Below are positions 14,547 to 27,707 of a stretch of 64,000 bases of DNA, piece after piece. The notes below the pieces were generated by a model. It saw only the letters and a list, made by a program, of their open reading frames with translations, was not told where the DNA came from and made no database searches. Source of the stretch: the human T2T-CHM13v2.0 reference genome, Homo sapiens. Location: the NCBI RefSeq assembly GCF_009914755.1, contig NC_060926.1; one strand, given 5' to 3'. The first letter of the stretch is position 1; each line of letters begins with the position of its first letter. Position numbers and translations under genes: made by a program.

Positions 14547-15100
14547 CAGCCATTGTGGAAAGCAGTATGGTGATTGAGCTAAAAGTAAAACTACCATTTG
14601 ACCCAGCAATCCCATTACTGGGTATATACCCGGAATAATATAAATTATTCTCCCATAAAGACACATGCATATGAATGTTCACTGCACATTCACAGTAACA
14701 AAGACATGGAATCAACCTAAATGCCCATCGATGACCGCCATAGAATACTATGCAGCCAAAGAAAAGAGCAAGATCATGTCTTTTGAAGGAACATGGATGA
14801 AGCTGGAGGCCATTATCCTTAGCAAACTAATGCAGGAACAGAAAACCAAAGACCGCATATTCTCACTTATAAGTGGGAACTAAATAATAAGAACTTATGA
14901 ACGCAAAGAAGGAAACAACAGACACTGGGGTCTCCTTGATGGGGGAGGGTGAGAGGAGGGAGAGGAGCAGAAAAGATAACTTGGTAACTGGGCTTAATAC
15001 CTGGGTGATGAAATAATATGTATGACAAACCCCCATGACACGTTGTACCTATGTAACAAATCTTCATGTGTACCCCCAAACCTAAAATAAAAGTTTAAAA
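14547..15100 (+). mobile_element. 5'-truncated L1PA (older primate L1) 3' end with internal deletions
   Basis: cagccattgtggaaagcag, ctaccatttgacccagcaatcccattactgggtatatac, ggaacatggatgaagctggaggccattatccttagcaaacta, and terminal cctaaaataaaagtt. Near-identical TSD aaca(g)tgggtttca at 14535-14548 and 15100-15112. Confidence 0.92.
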
Positions 15101-16870
15101 ACATGGGTTTCACTAGTCAGTGCAAGTTTACTGTTGAAAACATTTATCAAGAACTAATTAAAATATAAAACGAGTTGGGCACCTTAGGAAATTTCAGTAT
15201 AGTACTTTCTTAACTATGAAAGACAACCTTGTACATAAAAAAGTAGTCCATCTAATGCCTCCCTGTATAGTTTGTGAAAAAGTTATTTGTATGGTGCCAG
15301 CATGTTGAGAAACCATATATATTAACAATACTAATTTCAGATTCAGTGCAACTTCTCGTGATATCATTAACCAATAAAGTGTGTGCTAAGTGCCAGGCAC
15401 TAGGGATACTGTGAGTAATATATAGTTGTCCCTACAAAGAACTCATTTTATATGGATAAAAACAGAAATATTCATGATGTAACATAGTAAGTACAAAAAT
15501 AGAAATATGCATCAAACTCATATCGGACTTGATAATCAAGAGAGGGCATCCCAAACCTGAGAAAAAAGATGATAATTACGCAGTTTGGTGTTTTTTTTCT
15601 CCAGCAACTAGATGTGGGAGGGTTGAATCATTTTATGTAGGTCAGAAAAACATCTGATTAGCACTAACTTGTCTAGATTTGATCCTAATTCAAATAAATG
15701 ATAATGTTACTGGAATTGTTAGTTCCCTTATCTTTTAAAACATTCTGGTCTCCCTTATAAGTGCTTTAAAAATGCAAATGTTGTAATTTGCACCTGCTTA
15801 ATTAGAACTGTTTCCTTAGATTATGTAACATATCATAAAATATTTTTTAAAGTCATCTCACTAGCTAACATGTGATAGTGTTCCTAAGAACACTGAATGT
15901 GGATATCATAATTTATATAAAATAAGATTGCTCTGAGACCGAAAGCTACAAAACATATTTTCTCTTTTTTATTTTTATTTCACTTTCTGCAGTTTCAGTT
16001 ACAAAACATATTTCTCTAAAAATGTGAAGAAATTTTGTTGTTGTTGCCTTTAAAGCAGGAAAGTTTTAATTAATCTGTGAGCTGCTGTAATCTGAATTCT
16101 TTAATTTATAATGGATAAAGCATAATTTTTAATCTGAACAATATTTAATGTATATAGCTAGCTTGGATCAGATCTTATATTTCCTCATGTACACAGAGAA
16201 GTTCATGTTTAGTATCTCCTTGACTTTTCCATGTAAAGTTGACATCAGCTTCCATTGTCAATGAAGCTGTTAATTTCTTTTGGCTATTCCAAACAAAGTA
16301 AGCATCACTTCTTCAACTTGTTTCCTTCTTTCCCAAGTTTCTCATCCCCAATAATCATATGGCAGTAATGCTGATTTTAAAGTCGATCAGAAGGATTATT
16401 GAATATGGGATATGTGTTTCATTTTAAAAACTAGTATCTGCCTATTTTTCAAATTGTAGAAAAGAAACAGTCCCATTTCCATGTATTTAAACACACCATG
16501 TTGAAATGTATCAAATTAATTTTAAACAAATTTCCTAGTTATGATAGAACTAACCAGAATAGAGAGAAATAAATATTTCCAGGCCTCCCCAAATGTTAGA
16601 AACATGAAATAATTTTCATCTCTTGTAATATTTAAAAAGGCATCCTAATATATTTGAAGGTAAGTAATACCCATTTTACATATAAATATTTGACTATTTC
16701 ATGTTTGTAATGATACCACAGTTCACTTATAGATGAAAATGTTTCCAGATTTTAAAGTGCTTTGTATTTGCTTGATCCTCATAATCCTCACAATAACTCT
16801 AGAGAGTGAGAAGTGTTTTTCAATCATCTTTGTTAATCAGAGAAAATAGAAAAAGGTTGTATGTTTACAA

Positions 16871-17488
<618 letters not shown>

Positions 17489-19321
17489 GTTATACATAAG
17501 TTTTTTCTTAAGAATTGTATTTTAAGACACCAATTTAAAATTATTTTTCTCACTTTATGATGTCAAAATTTATGTGCCACGTTATATGTACATTTTCTGT
17601 GAGAAATCTGCATACTGCAAGAGATGAAATAGAATTTCATAGCATTTAATGTTGATATTTTACAATAAAGGCATATCAGAAAATGCATGTGAACAAAATA
17701 ATTAGAAGAATTTTGGTTTGTTGATAACAATATAACTAGCATGAAGTATTCCAAAAAAGTCTCATTTTAAACTTAAACTAATACTATTCTAATTTAGTAT
17801 GGCTTGCAATTCTATTCATATTGATACTTTAGGTTAGCTTGCACTAAGCTTGTTCTTCATAGAAACAATTACCAAACAGTTCCTGTAGCCTTAGAATATG
17901 CAGTAAGGCTAATTTAACCTTACTTTTGGGCATCTTTTTCATTTCAGGAGGTTTTAAACTTGAACGCAAACGTCTGGCTCTTTCTTTAGAAACATCATCT
18001 TCAGAGTAGATGTGCTACACTTCTATGATATATAAAATTGTACCAAGGATAATAAATTCTCACCAGTTGAACATAAAATGAACTAAATCTATATTTTCTA
18101 GTAGGGGCACATAATAATTTCAAATGACAAGGTTTGCCTCTTGCCTTTCTCCCCTTAAAATACTTAACTTTGGAGAAATTGGAAAAAACAGACTTTTCTT
18201 TATTATTACTAGAAATTTGAGGAAAATTTGATTTGGAGCATAAAAGAAAGAACTGAGATAGATAAATGGTACACGAATGTAAAGTTAGATTTTCAAAAAA
18301 TGAAACTGCAACATTTTAACCACCAGGATGCTTTTCTTTTGGTTTTTATTTTGATGTATTTGAGTTATTTAAAAATACTGGGTTCTTTTCCTTAAAGCCA
18401 CAAAGTCAACATCTTTCTAAAAAGGAATACACAACCAATTTTCAACTTTCCTTTCATGGCCTTTCTATTCTTGTGGGCCTTATCAACAGCAATTATATTC
18501 AAGTGTTTATGGGTGGCATCTATTCCAGAAACTTGTATGTGTAGTATCTTCTGAGCATCATCTTTAATTTACTCATGTTTTTCTTATAACTTTCAGATTA
18601 ATTAAGCCAAACAAAATATTGATGAGCTACTAAATCCAAGGCACTGATACAGTTTGAGAGAAAATCTTATTTGACATTCTCCATTATTTGATGCTTAGCT
18701 ACTCTTCTCTCAAGGAATGGTCAATTGAGACAGAGTTGAATGGAGCCAAAATAAAAACATTACATCCTATTTGTCCTAGCTGCACTCCCACTTATGCCTC
18801 AATGGATTCAGTAGCTTTATAGCTATATTCCTCTAAGAATAAACATACTTTCATAATATACAGAAAAGCCCAATAGCTCCCTTTCTTTCTTATCTAACTT
18901 CTTTACCGTTCCCCTCGCCTTCAGACTTTCCCTAATCAAAATCATACTTCCCGTCAAATCTTTTTTTTTTTTATTATAGTGCTTTTAAAGATGGTTGATG
19001 TATGTATGGGAGGAGGGAGAGTAAATGTGACCAGGAATTCCTCATTGCTTTTCCAGGCAAAAAAGTTCCCCTTTGATTCACCTCAGATCTCAAATGGTTT
19101 TTCACATTCAAAAACGTGATTTTAAAGCAATGCCTATATCTCTAAGATGATAATTGGCTTATACTGCAGTTCCTTATTATGGTCCTAATTAGTGTGCAAG
19201 TTTCTGGGTATCAAATCTTAGTACTCAATTCCTATTAAGTTAGGTAAATCATCTTGTACGAAAGGTAACACAACACTTTAATGAATGGGAAAAATTTACA
19301 TGGACTGAATATTTTAAAGTA

Positions 19322-19470
19322 TTATTTTTAATTGACACAAAATTGTACATATTTATGGGCTAAGTGTGATATTTCAATACGTGTGTACAATGTGTAATGA
19401 TCAAATAAGAGTCATTAGCATATTCGTTATTTCAAACATGAATCATTTCTTTGAGTTGAAAACATTCAAA
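19322..19470 (-). mobile_element. L1MA-type 3' terminal fragment
   Basis: tttttaattgacaca..aattgtacatatttatggg...tacaatgtgtaatgatcaaat...catttctttg..ttgaaaacattcaaa. Confidence 0.75.
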
Positions 19471-21047
19471 AAAGAACGAAATTCTGAATATTCTCAATTT
19501 AAGCATATTTAAATTATTTATATAAGTTTTCAATAATAAGTGCACTGTGTTAAATGTCACTAAATTTTGTAAGTTATATGTACAATTTATTTCTAAAGTT
19601 TAATTCATTAGAAATGACTTTAACAATAAATATTTATAAAATTATATATATGCATACACACATATATACAAATACACACATGTAGATGACTTGGCTTTTC
19701 TATTGAGATTTTCACATTATAAGTCTATTTTGTAAACTGGAATATTTTGGTAAAAAAACTAGCAGCAGTATCAACAGTTGTTGTGATCAAGCCGAATATG
19801 GCACTTTTTTATTGATAGCTGAGTCAAGTTGATCTGATGAGAAAACCAGGCATTCTAAAAAATTTATAGATGTTGGCAGTCACATTAAAGTATGCTGCAG
19901 TTAAAAGTAGCAACAGTTTATTTAACAGGTTGCCTGAATCAAGTGGAACTTACTGTTTTTTGCCTGCCTTTTTTTTTCCATTTACAAATGAACCGGTGCA
20001 ACATAGAAATAGTTTTTAAATATAGCCAAACTGAAATGTCCCAATTTCACCAATATATTTTATTAACTGGAGTGGTAGTACTTTTTAGTGGTATTTGCCT
20101 GACACTGGGTTTGTGTATTTCTTCACACATTCTGTTAAGTGAACACATGCCAAAGCAAATATCTGAATGATATTTATACCAGATTGTTTCTATGTAGGAA
20201 AACTATGTTACACTGCTTGCATCCTTGAAGTTATACAGAAGTTTAGAAGTCAAGAATATTGAATACTAACTTTGGTTACTTAAAAAATGCTACCTCAAAG
20301 TAGAACTTTCAAAACTGAAATTTACTGATAAAAGGTAATCCACAAACCAGAATACAAATGAAACACAATTTTTCAAATTGTTAATCAATCCTAGATTCTT
20401 ATTTTTATCAAACATTATAAAACATTTTTTTCTAAGGAAACATAAGAAAAAATATTGACCTAATACAACTACAGAACATTGAAATAGCATAGGCATGAAT
20501 CTTTTTTTCCTTTTCATTTGTCTGGACTGATGCTTGCATTATGAAGCTTCTCAGCCTCTATGTATGACCTCTGACAGCCAAGTTCATTGTTTTTAAGGTT
20601 GAGGAAAGAGATTTGGTCAAGCCCGCACAATGGAATTCACGGATTTGAACAATGAATAAACAAACTTTGGTAGAGAAATTTCTAGTATGTTTCAGAATGC
20701 AAGGGCAGATGGAGACTATAGGAGAGCGTTAAGAATAAACCAGTTAGTTAGTAGTCAGAACAACAGAATGCTAAACTCATACTGAGAGTAGAACACCACA
20801 TGGACTGGAAAACTCAGAAAGAGCTTTCTGGAAAAGGTAAATGTTGAAAGACTCAAGCAAGAGAGGAAGATAAAGGAGATGACATTCTTGGTGGACAGAA
20901 ACAACAGAGATGAAGCGGGGGTGGGGGCAGGGGTCATGTTCACTAAAGAGAAAGAAGGTAGATTCAAATGGAGAAAAGTGTTTCTGTAAGTGGATAGGCT
21001 TCAATTGTAAATGGGGTCATATTGAAGAAGGACTTTTTTTTAATCAT

Positions 21048-21049
<2 letters not shown>

Positions 21050-21078
<29 letters not shown>

Positions 21079-21128
21079 GTCTGAGATAGAGTATCACTCT
21101 GTCTCCCAGGCTGGAATGCAGCAGTGCA
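21050..21128 (-). mobile_element. Heavily 5'-truncated Alu (about 50 bp of the 3' end) with a T29 tract
   Basis: T run at 21050-21078, then gagatagagtatcactctgtctcccaggctggaatgcagcagtgc. Confidence 0.8.
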
Positions 21129-24100
21129 TATACATTAAGATATTTTGCTTATGGTAAGTTCTATTAGTTTGAGAAATATTTGAAGTAAAACAGTCTTTCT
21201 TAGGGTAGTATAGAAATATTATTTGACTATATTGGAAAAACAATGGATATTACCAAAGATTTGAGTTAAAAGATGCTGGAGAAATGTTCTTTTCCATTTA
21301 TCAGTTTTATTTCCAGTTTTTGTTGTTGTTGTTGTTATGCAAGATGTAGAGACAAAATTTTACCTAGTATGAATAAATAATAAAAAGAGGGAATCCTTGG
21401 ACTGGAAATATCTTTCCAAGGTAAATTCAATGAATGACCCTTAGAGTTTATTGTGTGATTATTAATTTTTAAGGGAGAGCAAATCAATATTTTAAAAAAG
21501 TAACAGATCTTGATACATAGGTTAAAATGAATTCCAAACAAAAAGCATCCTACAAAAAGATTTATCTTCTAAATATATTTCTTCAATTGTCAATGTTTTT
21601 AGACCACCTAATTAAAATGTTAAATGTTTCTGCTCCTCCTTTTTGTTCTCTCAAGTTCACTGTTCTTATTTTGGGGTATGTGTGTTTGCATGCATGTATG
21701 TGCCATGTTTTTTTGTTTCTACATTCTGATACAGAGAATATTAATTTTTTTCTAAGGAGCAAATTTTTTCCTTTTTGGGACTCACCTGGTTTTGCTGAAT
21801 GAACACTAAAATATGCTTGTTGGGGGGTGTATAAGAGATGTCTGTCAAGAAGTATGTTTAAGTGAGAATAGTGGTAATCTGACAGTATTTTAACATGAAT
21901 GCTTTTTATGCTATAACTGCAATGTTTCTGTTTTTCTTAGATAAGAAAACTTGGAAGGAAAGCTGAATTGTATTTAAGTAAGATTGTGTTAGGAAAGAGA
22001 GAGGAGAAGAGTGATGAGGTGGCTAGAGATCAGAGCAGAATTTGAAGGGTACTGCTATGTCAGGTGACAATGTGTACTGTAAACTTCTTGGTGTTCCCTC
22101 CTTCCATTTCCCACCCCTGGAAATGTTTAGTAAAACTGATTTTACTTGCTCTGGTTTTGTGAGTCTGGATCTGCCTTAATGATGGGCATGGAGGAAAGAG
22201 CAGAGAGAGGCTTCTTGTGTGGGGGGGACATCCACCGCTAGGCCACTCACAAGCATAAATGTGCACACATACTCACAGATATGCACACAAATGTATATCA
22301 CCATTTGTGATAGACATCTGTATAAGCCTATAAGCTTAGACCATTTTCCCCACTGACCATGAGAAGTCACTTCGTGTAAAACTTCCTCTGTTCTAGAATC
22401 ACTGTGGTTATACCAATGGTAGAATTTTAAGAGTATTCACAAACCTGGTTTGGGCTTCTGGTAAATCTCTGGACGCGAATAGAAAATGTCAACTTCTATT
22501 GCTTCCAGGGCCACACAGACTGTAAAATTATCTAAAAATTTTCCATTGTTTATCTTATTTTCTTTTGCCTGAGATTACTTTGTTCTTTTGGGATACTAAG
22601 AGGCAAAACTATAAACTTATATGGATAAAAGATTACATTCTAACTTTTACTCATAACTCAAGAAACACCAGGTAGAAGTTACTGAATTACTGCTTTTCAT
22701 GATGGTGGTGTTATAAATATAGCCCTCTTAATTCTTAAAACAAGTGGCTACTGTCAAAAAAGCCTTTTATCATATCATTAATTTTAATATTGGATAATCT
22801 CTGTGGTAAGGCTTAATTGTTAAGTGCTTTGACAATTAAGAAAGTATCTGCCCCACCTTTACATCTTTTATATCATATCCTCATTTGTCCTATAGTAACA
22901 ATAATATTTTCTGAACTACAATAGATCTTAGAAATCATCAAATCCAGCCAAACCATACAGATGAATACATCAACATGTTATGTATTTTGCAAAAATAATC
23001 TTTATGAAGTGCTACACAAAGACATAAAATTATGAATTCTTAAAACATAGATGCATTTTATATTGAAGAACCTACACAGAGATTTTTTGAAAATACAAAC
23101 TATAATTTCTAAGTTGACACTTAGGGACGAACAATATGTTATCATCCTGCTCAATGACAGAGATGATAAAACTCTGTCAGTTAGTACACTTTGGGCTATA
23201 AGTAACAGAAAATGCAGAGAGAACTTGCTTAACAGCAAGGAAAATTTGCCCAATATTAATTAAAATGTTTGGAATTAGGACAGTTCCAGATTTGGCTCAT
23301 ACAGCAGCTCAATTACTTCTTCATTGAGCCAGAGTCTTTCTTTCTCTTTTTTCATCCGCACCAACTGGAATTGCCGGATTAAATACATACATCACTGAAA
23401 TCTGAATTTTGGAAAAACAATGCATAATTTTAAGGTGCATCCCATGCAATACTATTTGTTATCTAAAACTGGTATTTAACTGGATGCCCTGCATTTCTGT
23501 TTTCCAAATGTGGGAACCTTGTCAGCATATTGGTTTATCTTCTTAGGCCAGCCTCTCTCATGGCCACGAGATGGCTGCCATAGCTCTTAGTGTTATGTGA
23601 AGATGCCAATATCCACTGGCATAAAAGTGATTCTTTTGGTAAAGAAGAAGGTGGAGGAATGGTGGTTTGATAGCTAACCAACAATATAAATCACCAAGGC
23701 AAATCTGATTTTTTGTTGATTAAAACATAGTTTCTGCCAATATTAAGTACTTAGTTCTGTAACAGGATATAATTTACCCTGCCTTCTGATTTAAGGACAG
23801 AAAGTTATCGACTGTAGTATTTATGTAGAAGTTTCTGGCCCTTATTTTTCTTCTGTGAAAATGTATATTTTGTTTTGAGACTCTTTGTTAGATCTGGGAA
23901 ATCCCCTATCACTGAATCTGAAATAATTTTCATTGAGACTGAAATGAGGGAAGGAGACGGCTCATTTGCAGTTTCCCCTTTTCCACAATATTCCCGGGGC
24001 ACATAGTAAGCAGTTCTCCATGTTCATCATTCTTTTCTCCTCCCTTATATGTTAGTTGTTCACATTACCCCTAGCCAAATTCCATCTTAATTTTCCATGT

Positions 24101-25124
24101 TCCCTTCCTCCTTCCACTAATCCTCCTTTTAAAATGTGTCTTTATCTTCAGGCCCCTATTTATACTTAAGTGATAATGATTTTAAATGGGCTGAACTAAT
24201 CTGTGTTAATATTACTATATTAATATTACTGTGTTAATATTTACTTTGTTAATGTGTTGGACCTCTGGGGTAATTTAAGCCTTTTATCATTTCAAAAGTT
24301 CAACCCCGTTAAAAAGCTCTTCAGGAATGCTGCCAGTTTGGGCACCTTAGTGGCACAGCACTTTTGGCTTCCCCATCAAGCTCAGAGAGGTAGGTGACTA
24401 AAAGAAAGAGAGGCCTGTATGACTGCTCTCTGCAGTCTGTTCATCATGGCTGTCTGGTCTCTGTACTTACTTTATCTTAGATTATTCTCTCATCAGACTC
24501 ACACTGCAATCCACTGGTCTCTGAAGTCCTTTTCTCCACCCCTTCCTGTCTCATCCTGAGTGATTCATCTGTGACTTCAGTATTTATAGGGATGCCCCAC
24601 CCAGCACCCTAGACTCATAATTTCTTGACCTCCTCTTCTACAGAGGCTTTTAATGCCTTTGGACGTCAGTGTTCTCCCAGTGCCACACCCCAGTGCTACC
24701 TAGTCATCCAGTAATTCTTCACCTCCTACAATTACACTTCAAAATCCTGTGTTGCAATCTAAGCTCCTGCCCCTTTCAACGATCTTACTGCCCCTTACTT
24801 CTATCAGGCTAGCCCACTGACCTCATAAGGAATTTAAAACCTTAGGAAAATAGCAAAGAACCAAGTATTTGAGCGCCTCTACAAACCCACTTGCTTCACT
24901 CCTGCCTTCTCTCTTCCAAGCAGTCTGCACTCTGTGGATTATCTCAACAACTAAGCCCTCATTTTCCTCCATATCTCGAACTTCTATCACATTCAACCTC
25001 TGAACTCCTATCCTGGATGAATCTTAAAACATTGGTCTTTTGAAATTCAACACCTATGTACCTAAATCTGCTTAATAAACTCATATCATTGACATGTGGG
25101 CCTTTTAGAATGTTGAACAATTAG

Positions 25125-25330
25125 GAGGCAGCATTGCAAAGTGGTTCAGAGCATGAAGCTCAGTTCCTGGCTCCTCCACTAGCTGAGTGCCTTTGGGAAA
25201 ATAGCATGACCACTTTGTGCCTGATTTTCTTCTTCTGCAAAAAGAATAATTGAACATATCTCACAGGTATGTTACTGTGAGCAAACGAGTTAATCTTTAC
25301 AAGGTGCTTAACTGTTGAATAAATGAATAT
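25125..25330 (+). mobile_element. MIR element
   Basis: gaggcagcattgc..agtggttcagagcatg...gttcctggctcctccactagctgagtgcctttggg...tctgcaaaa...tatctcacagg. Confidence 0.7.
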
Positions 25331-25749
25331 TTTACTGCTTCCTTGTAGTTTTATTTCCATTTTGAATAATAGCTATTCAAAATCTTTACCCTTTTAAGTT
25401 ATCCAAACAGCTCAGGCTCCATCACTTCAGCAGATTATCTGGCCTAGTTCTTAGAATACATATAGGACATTAGGTGTGAATGCATTTAAATTATCTCCCC
25501 CTGAAAATTTAAGCACATTGGTGCATTTATATCTCCTTTCCATCTAAAAAAAGACCTTCTAAAGTTAATTTTTTTCTTCTTCTCCTCAAGATCTTATCTT
25601 TTCAAATATCTAACCTGTCTTTATTTGTTCCTGTCTTTAGCTAATAAACATATGTTATTCCCATGTATCCCTGACAAAAAATAATAAAAAATCCTTTTTC
25701 AATCATACATTTCTTTTAGCTATTTTCCTATTTCCATCCTTCCTTTTAT

Positions 25750-26096
25750 TGTGCATATGTGTTTGTGTATGTATGTGTATATATGTGTTTGTGTATGTAT
25801 GTGTGTATGTGTATATATGTGTATGTGTGTATATATGTATATATGTGTATATATGTATGTATATGTGTGTATATATGCATATATGTATATATGTGTATAT
25901 ATGTGTATGTGTATATATGTATATATGTGTATATATGTGTATGTGTATATATGTATGTGTATATATGATATATATGTGTGTATGTGTATATATGTATATG
26001 TATATATGTGTGTATATGTATATATGTGTGTGTATGTGTATATATGTTTGTGTATGTATGTGTGTATACACGTACGCACATATATATTATACATAT
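25750..26096. repeat. Compound (TG/TA)n microsatellite, about 345 bp
   Basis: Near-continuous purine/pyrimidine alternation (tatatgtgtatatatgtgt...). Confidence 0.97.
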
Positions 26097-27299
26097 GCCT
26101 GTCTACATTTGCTGTTTCTATCTTACCTCCCTCATTACTGCATTAATGAGAAATTATAAGTAAGAATGTCTAACACTACAATTAACTGGTAATTAACTCA
26201 GAAGGGTCAAAACTTCAGAATTTTGCTTTTTCTCAGGCTTAGCCAAGTATAGACATCTGTGATTTTGAATAGCCATATATTTGTATAATGGCTTTCCTGC
26301 TCTTTTGTTCTGTTAGCCAATTCATTGTTTTATTTTGAATACCCCTGCTATTTCCTATTTCTCTCTCTTAAAAGGAACCAGCCCACAGATTCCCACTCTA
26401 ATCAAGGTGTCCTTCTTCATGATTTCACCACATTTATTGCCAAAGTCAGCAATAAACATCTATATTGCCAAATCCAGAGGTTAATTCTCAGTGTTCATTT
26501 TAACTTCTCAGGAAGATGGTGGTGTTGATCATTTCCTTCTCTTTAAAACCCTTTTTTACAGTCATCTTCTGGACAACACTTTCTCTTCGTTCTCTTCCTA
26601 CCTCACTAGTTGATTTTTCTCAGCCTCCTTTGCTGGGATCTTCTCATTTATCTGCCTCTAAATTGTGGAATACCCAAGACACTATCCTTGGACATCTCCT
26701 CTTTTCATTCTTCACCAACCCCTCCCTGGTGGCCCCAACTAGTTTTCAGCTTTAGATACCATCTATATGCTTATGACTCCTTAATTTATATTCCAGTCCA
26801 AAATTTTCCTCGCAACTCTGTATCTGTATCCTTCTGCCCATTCAGTATCACTACTTGAATGCCTAACAGGCTTTTCAAACTTAACATAGTCAACAAACTT
26901 TTGTTTCCCTGAAAACTGCTCCACTGGAAGTCTTAACCATCTCAGTCTTCTTACTCCAGTCTTCTAGTTGCACATCTCAAAAAAAAATTCTTTCTGTATT
27001 CCTTTCTTTCTTTGACATACCACCTCACATGAATAAACAAATCCTATTGACTTTATCTTCATAATCCTCATCAGTTATCATTTCCATAGCTCCCACTCTG
27101 GTACAATCCTAGATTATTTCATAATCCTCTTGTTTTTTTTCTCTACCTCTATCTCAACCCCATTAGTTTATTTTACACATAGTATTTAGTCTTTTAAAAC
27201 ATAAGTCAGCCCATGGCATCCCTTTGCTAAGCATCGCAAATGATCTCTGTTCTTTCAAGTGGTTCTCCTCTGCCTCGCTTACTTCCTACCACTCTCTCC

Positions 27300-27540
27300 T
27301 CACCCAGAAGAGTGTATGAACTTAAGAGAGAGCTCTTCTCAGAACAATAAAGCTGGTAGAAGAATAAAAGCCAATGAAGGAGACTCAGAAGTAGGAGAAT
27401 CCTAAAATGTAAGGTCAAGAAAGAAATTAGATGAGGAGTCAATCCTACCAAAAGCTATGAGAATACTATAAAATGAGAGCTGAAAAGTATCCACTGGATT
27501 TGGTGTTTTAGAGGTCATTGATGATTATTGCCTCAGTAGG
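27300..27540 (-). mobile_element. L2 fragment in opposite orientation to the neighbouring L2
   Basis: gagagctgaaaagtatccactggatttgg...gaggtcattgatga is the antisense form of the L2 ccaaatccagtgg motif. Confidence 0.5.
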
Positions 27541-27620
27541 TTTGGAATAGCTTACTTGGAAAATAGGAATAGGGCTGACCAAGAACATATAAAAACATGG
27601 CTGTCTGGTATTAATGGTTC

Positions 27621-27623
<3 letters not shown>

Positions 27624-27675
<52 letters not shown>

Positions 27676-27707
27676 TCTCTCTATAGATATAGATATAGAT
27701 ATATATA
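27624..27707. repeat. (CA)n microsatellite (about 24 units) followed by (CT)n and (ATAGAT)n
   Basis: Read directly from the sequence. Confidence 0.97.

Larger units (their letters stand above)
24480..27250 (+). mobile_element. Fragmented long L2 remnant interrupted by a MIR and a microsatellite
   Basis: Pyrimidine-rich L2-like motifs such as attgccaaatccagaggt, ggacaacactttctc, cagctttagataccatctatatgct.atgactcc and cttttcaaacttaacat. Boundaries are approximate. Confidence 0.55.

Noticed and set aside
14665-14883. ORF resembling the L1 ORF2 C-terminus and adjacent sequence
   Set aside because: It is a truncated, internally deleted L1PA remnant and cannot encode a functional protein.
19818-19826. 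AP-1/ARE-like gctgagtca motif
   Set aside because: A single short motif is plausible by chance in 64 kb and has no supporting context in the sequence.
25703-26163. Cluster of His/Thr/Tyr/Ile and Val/Cys/Met ORFs of 61-136 aa
   Set aside because: These are translations of the (TG/TA)n microsatellite.
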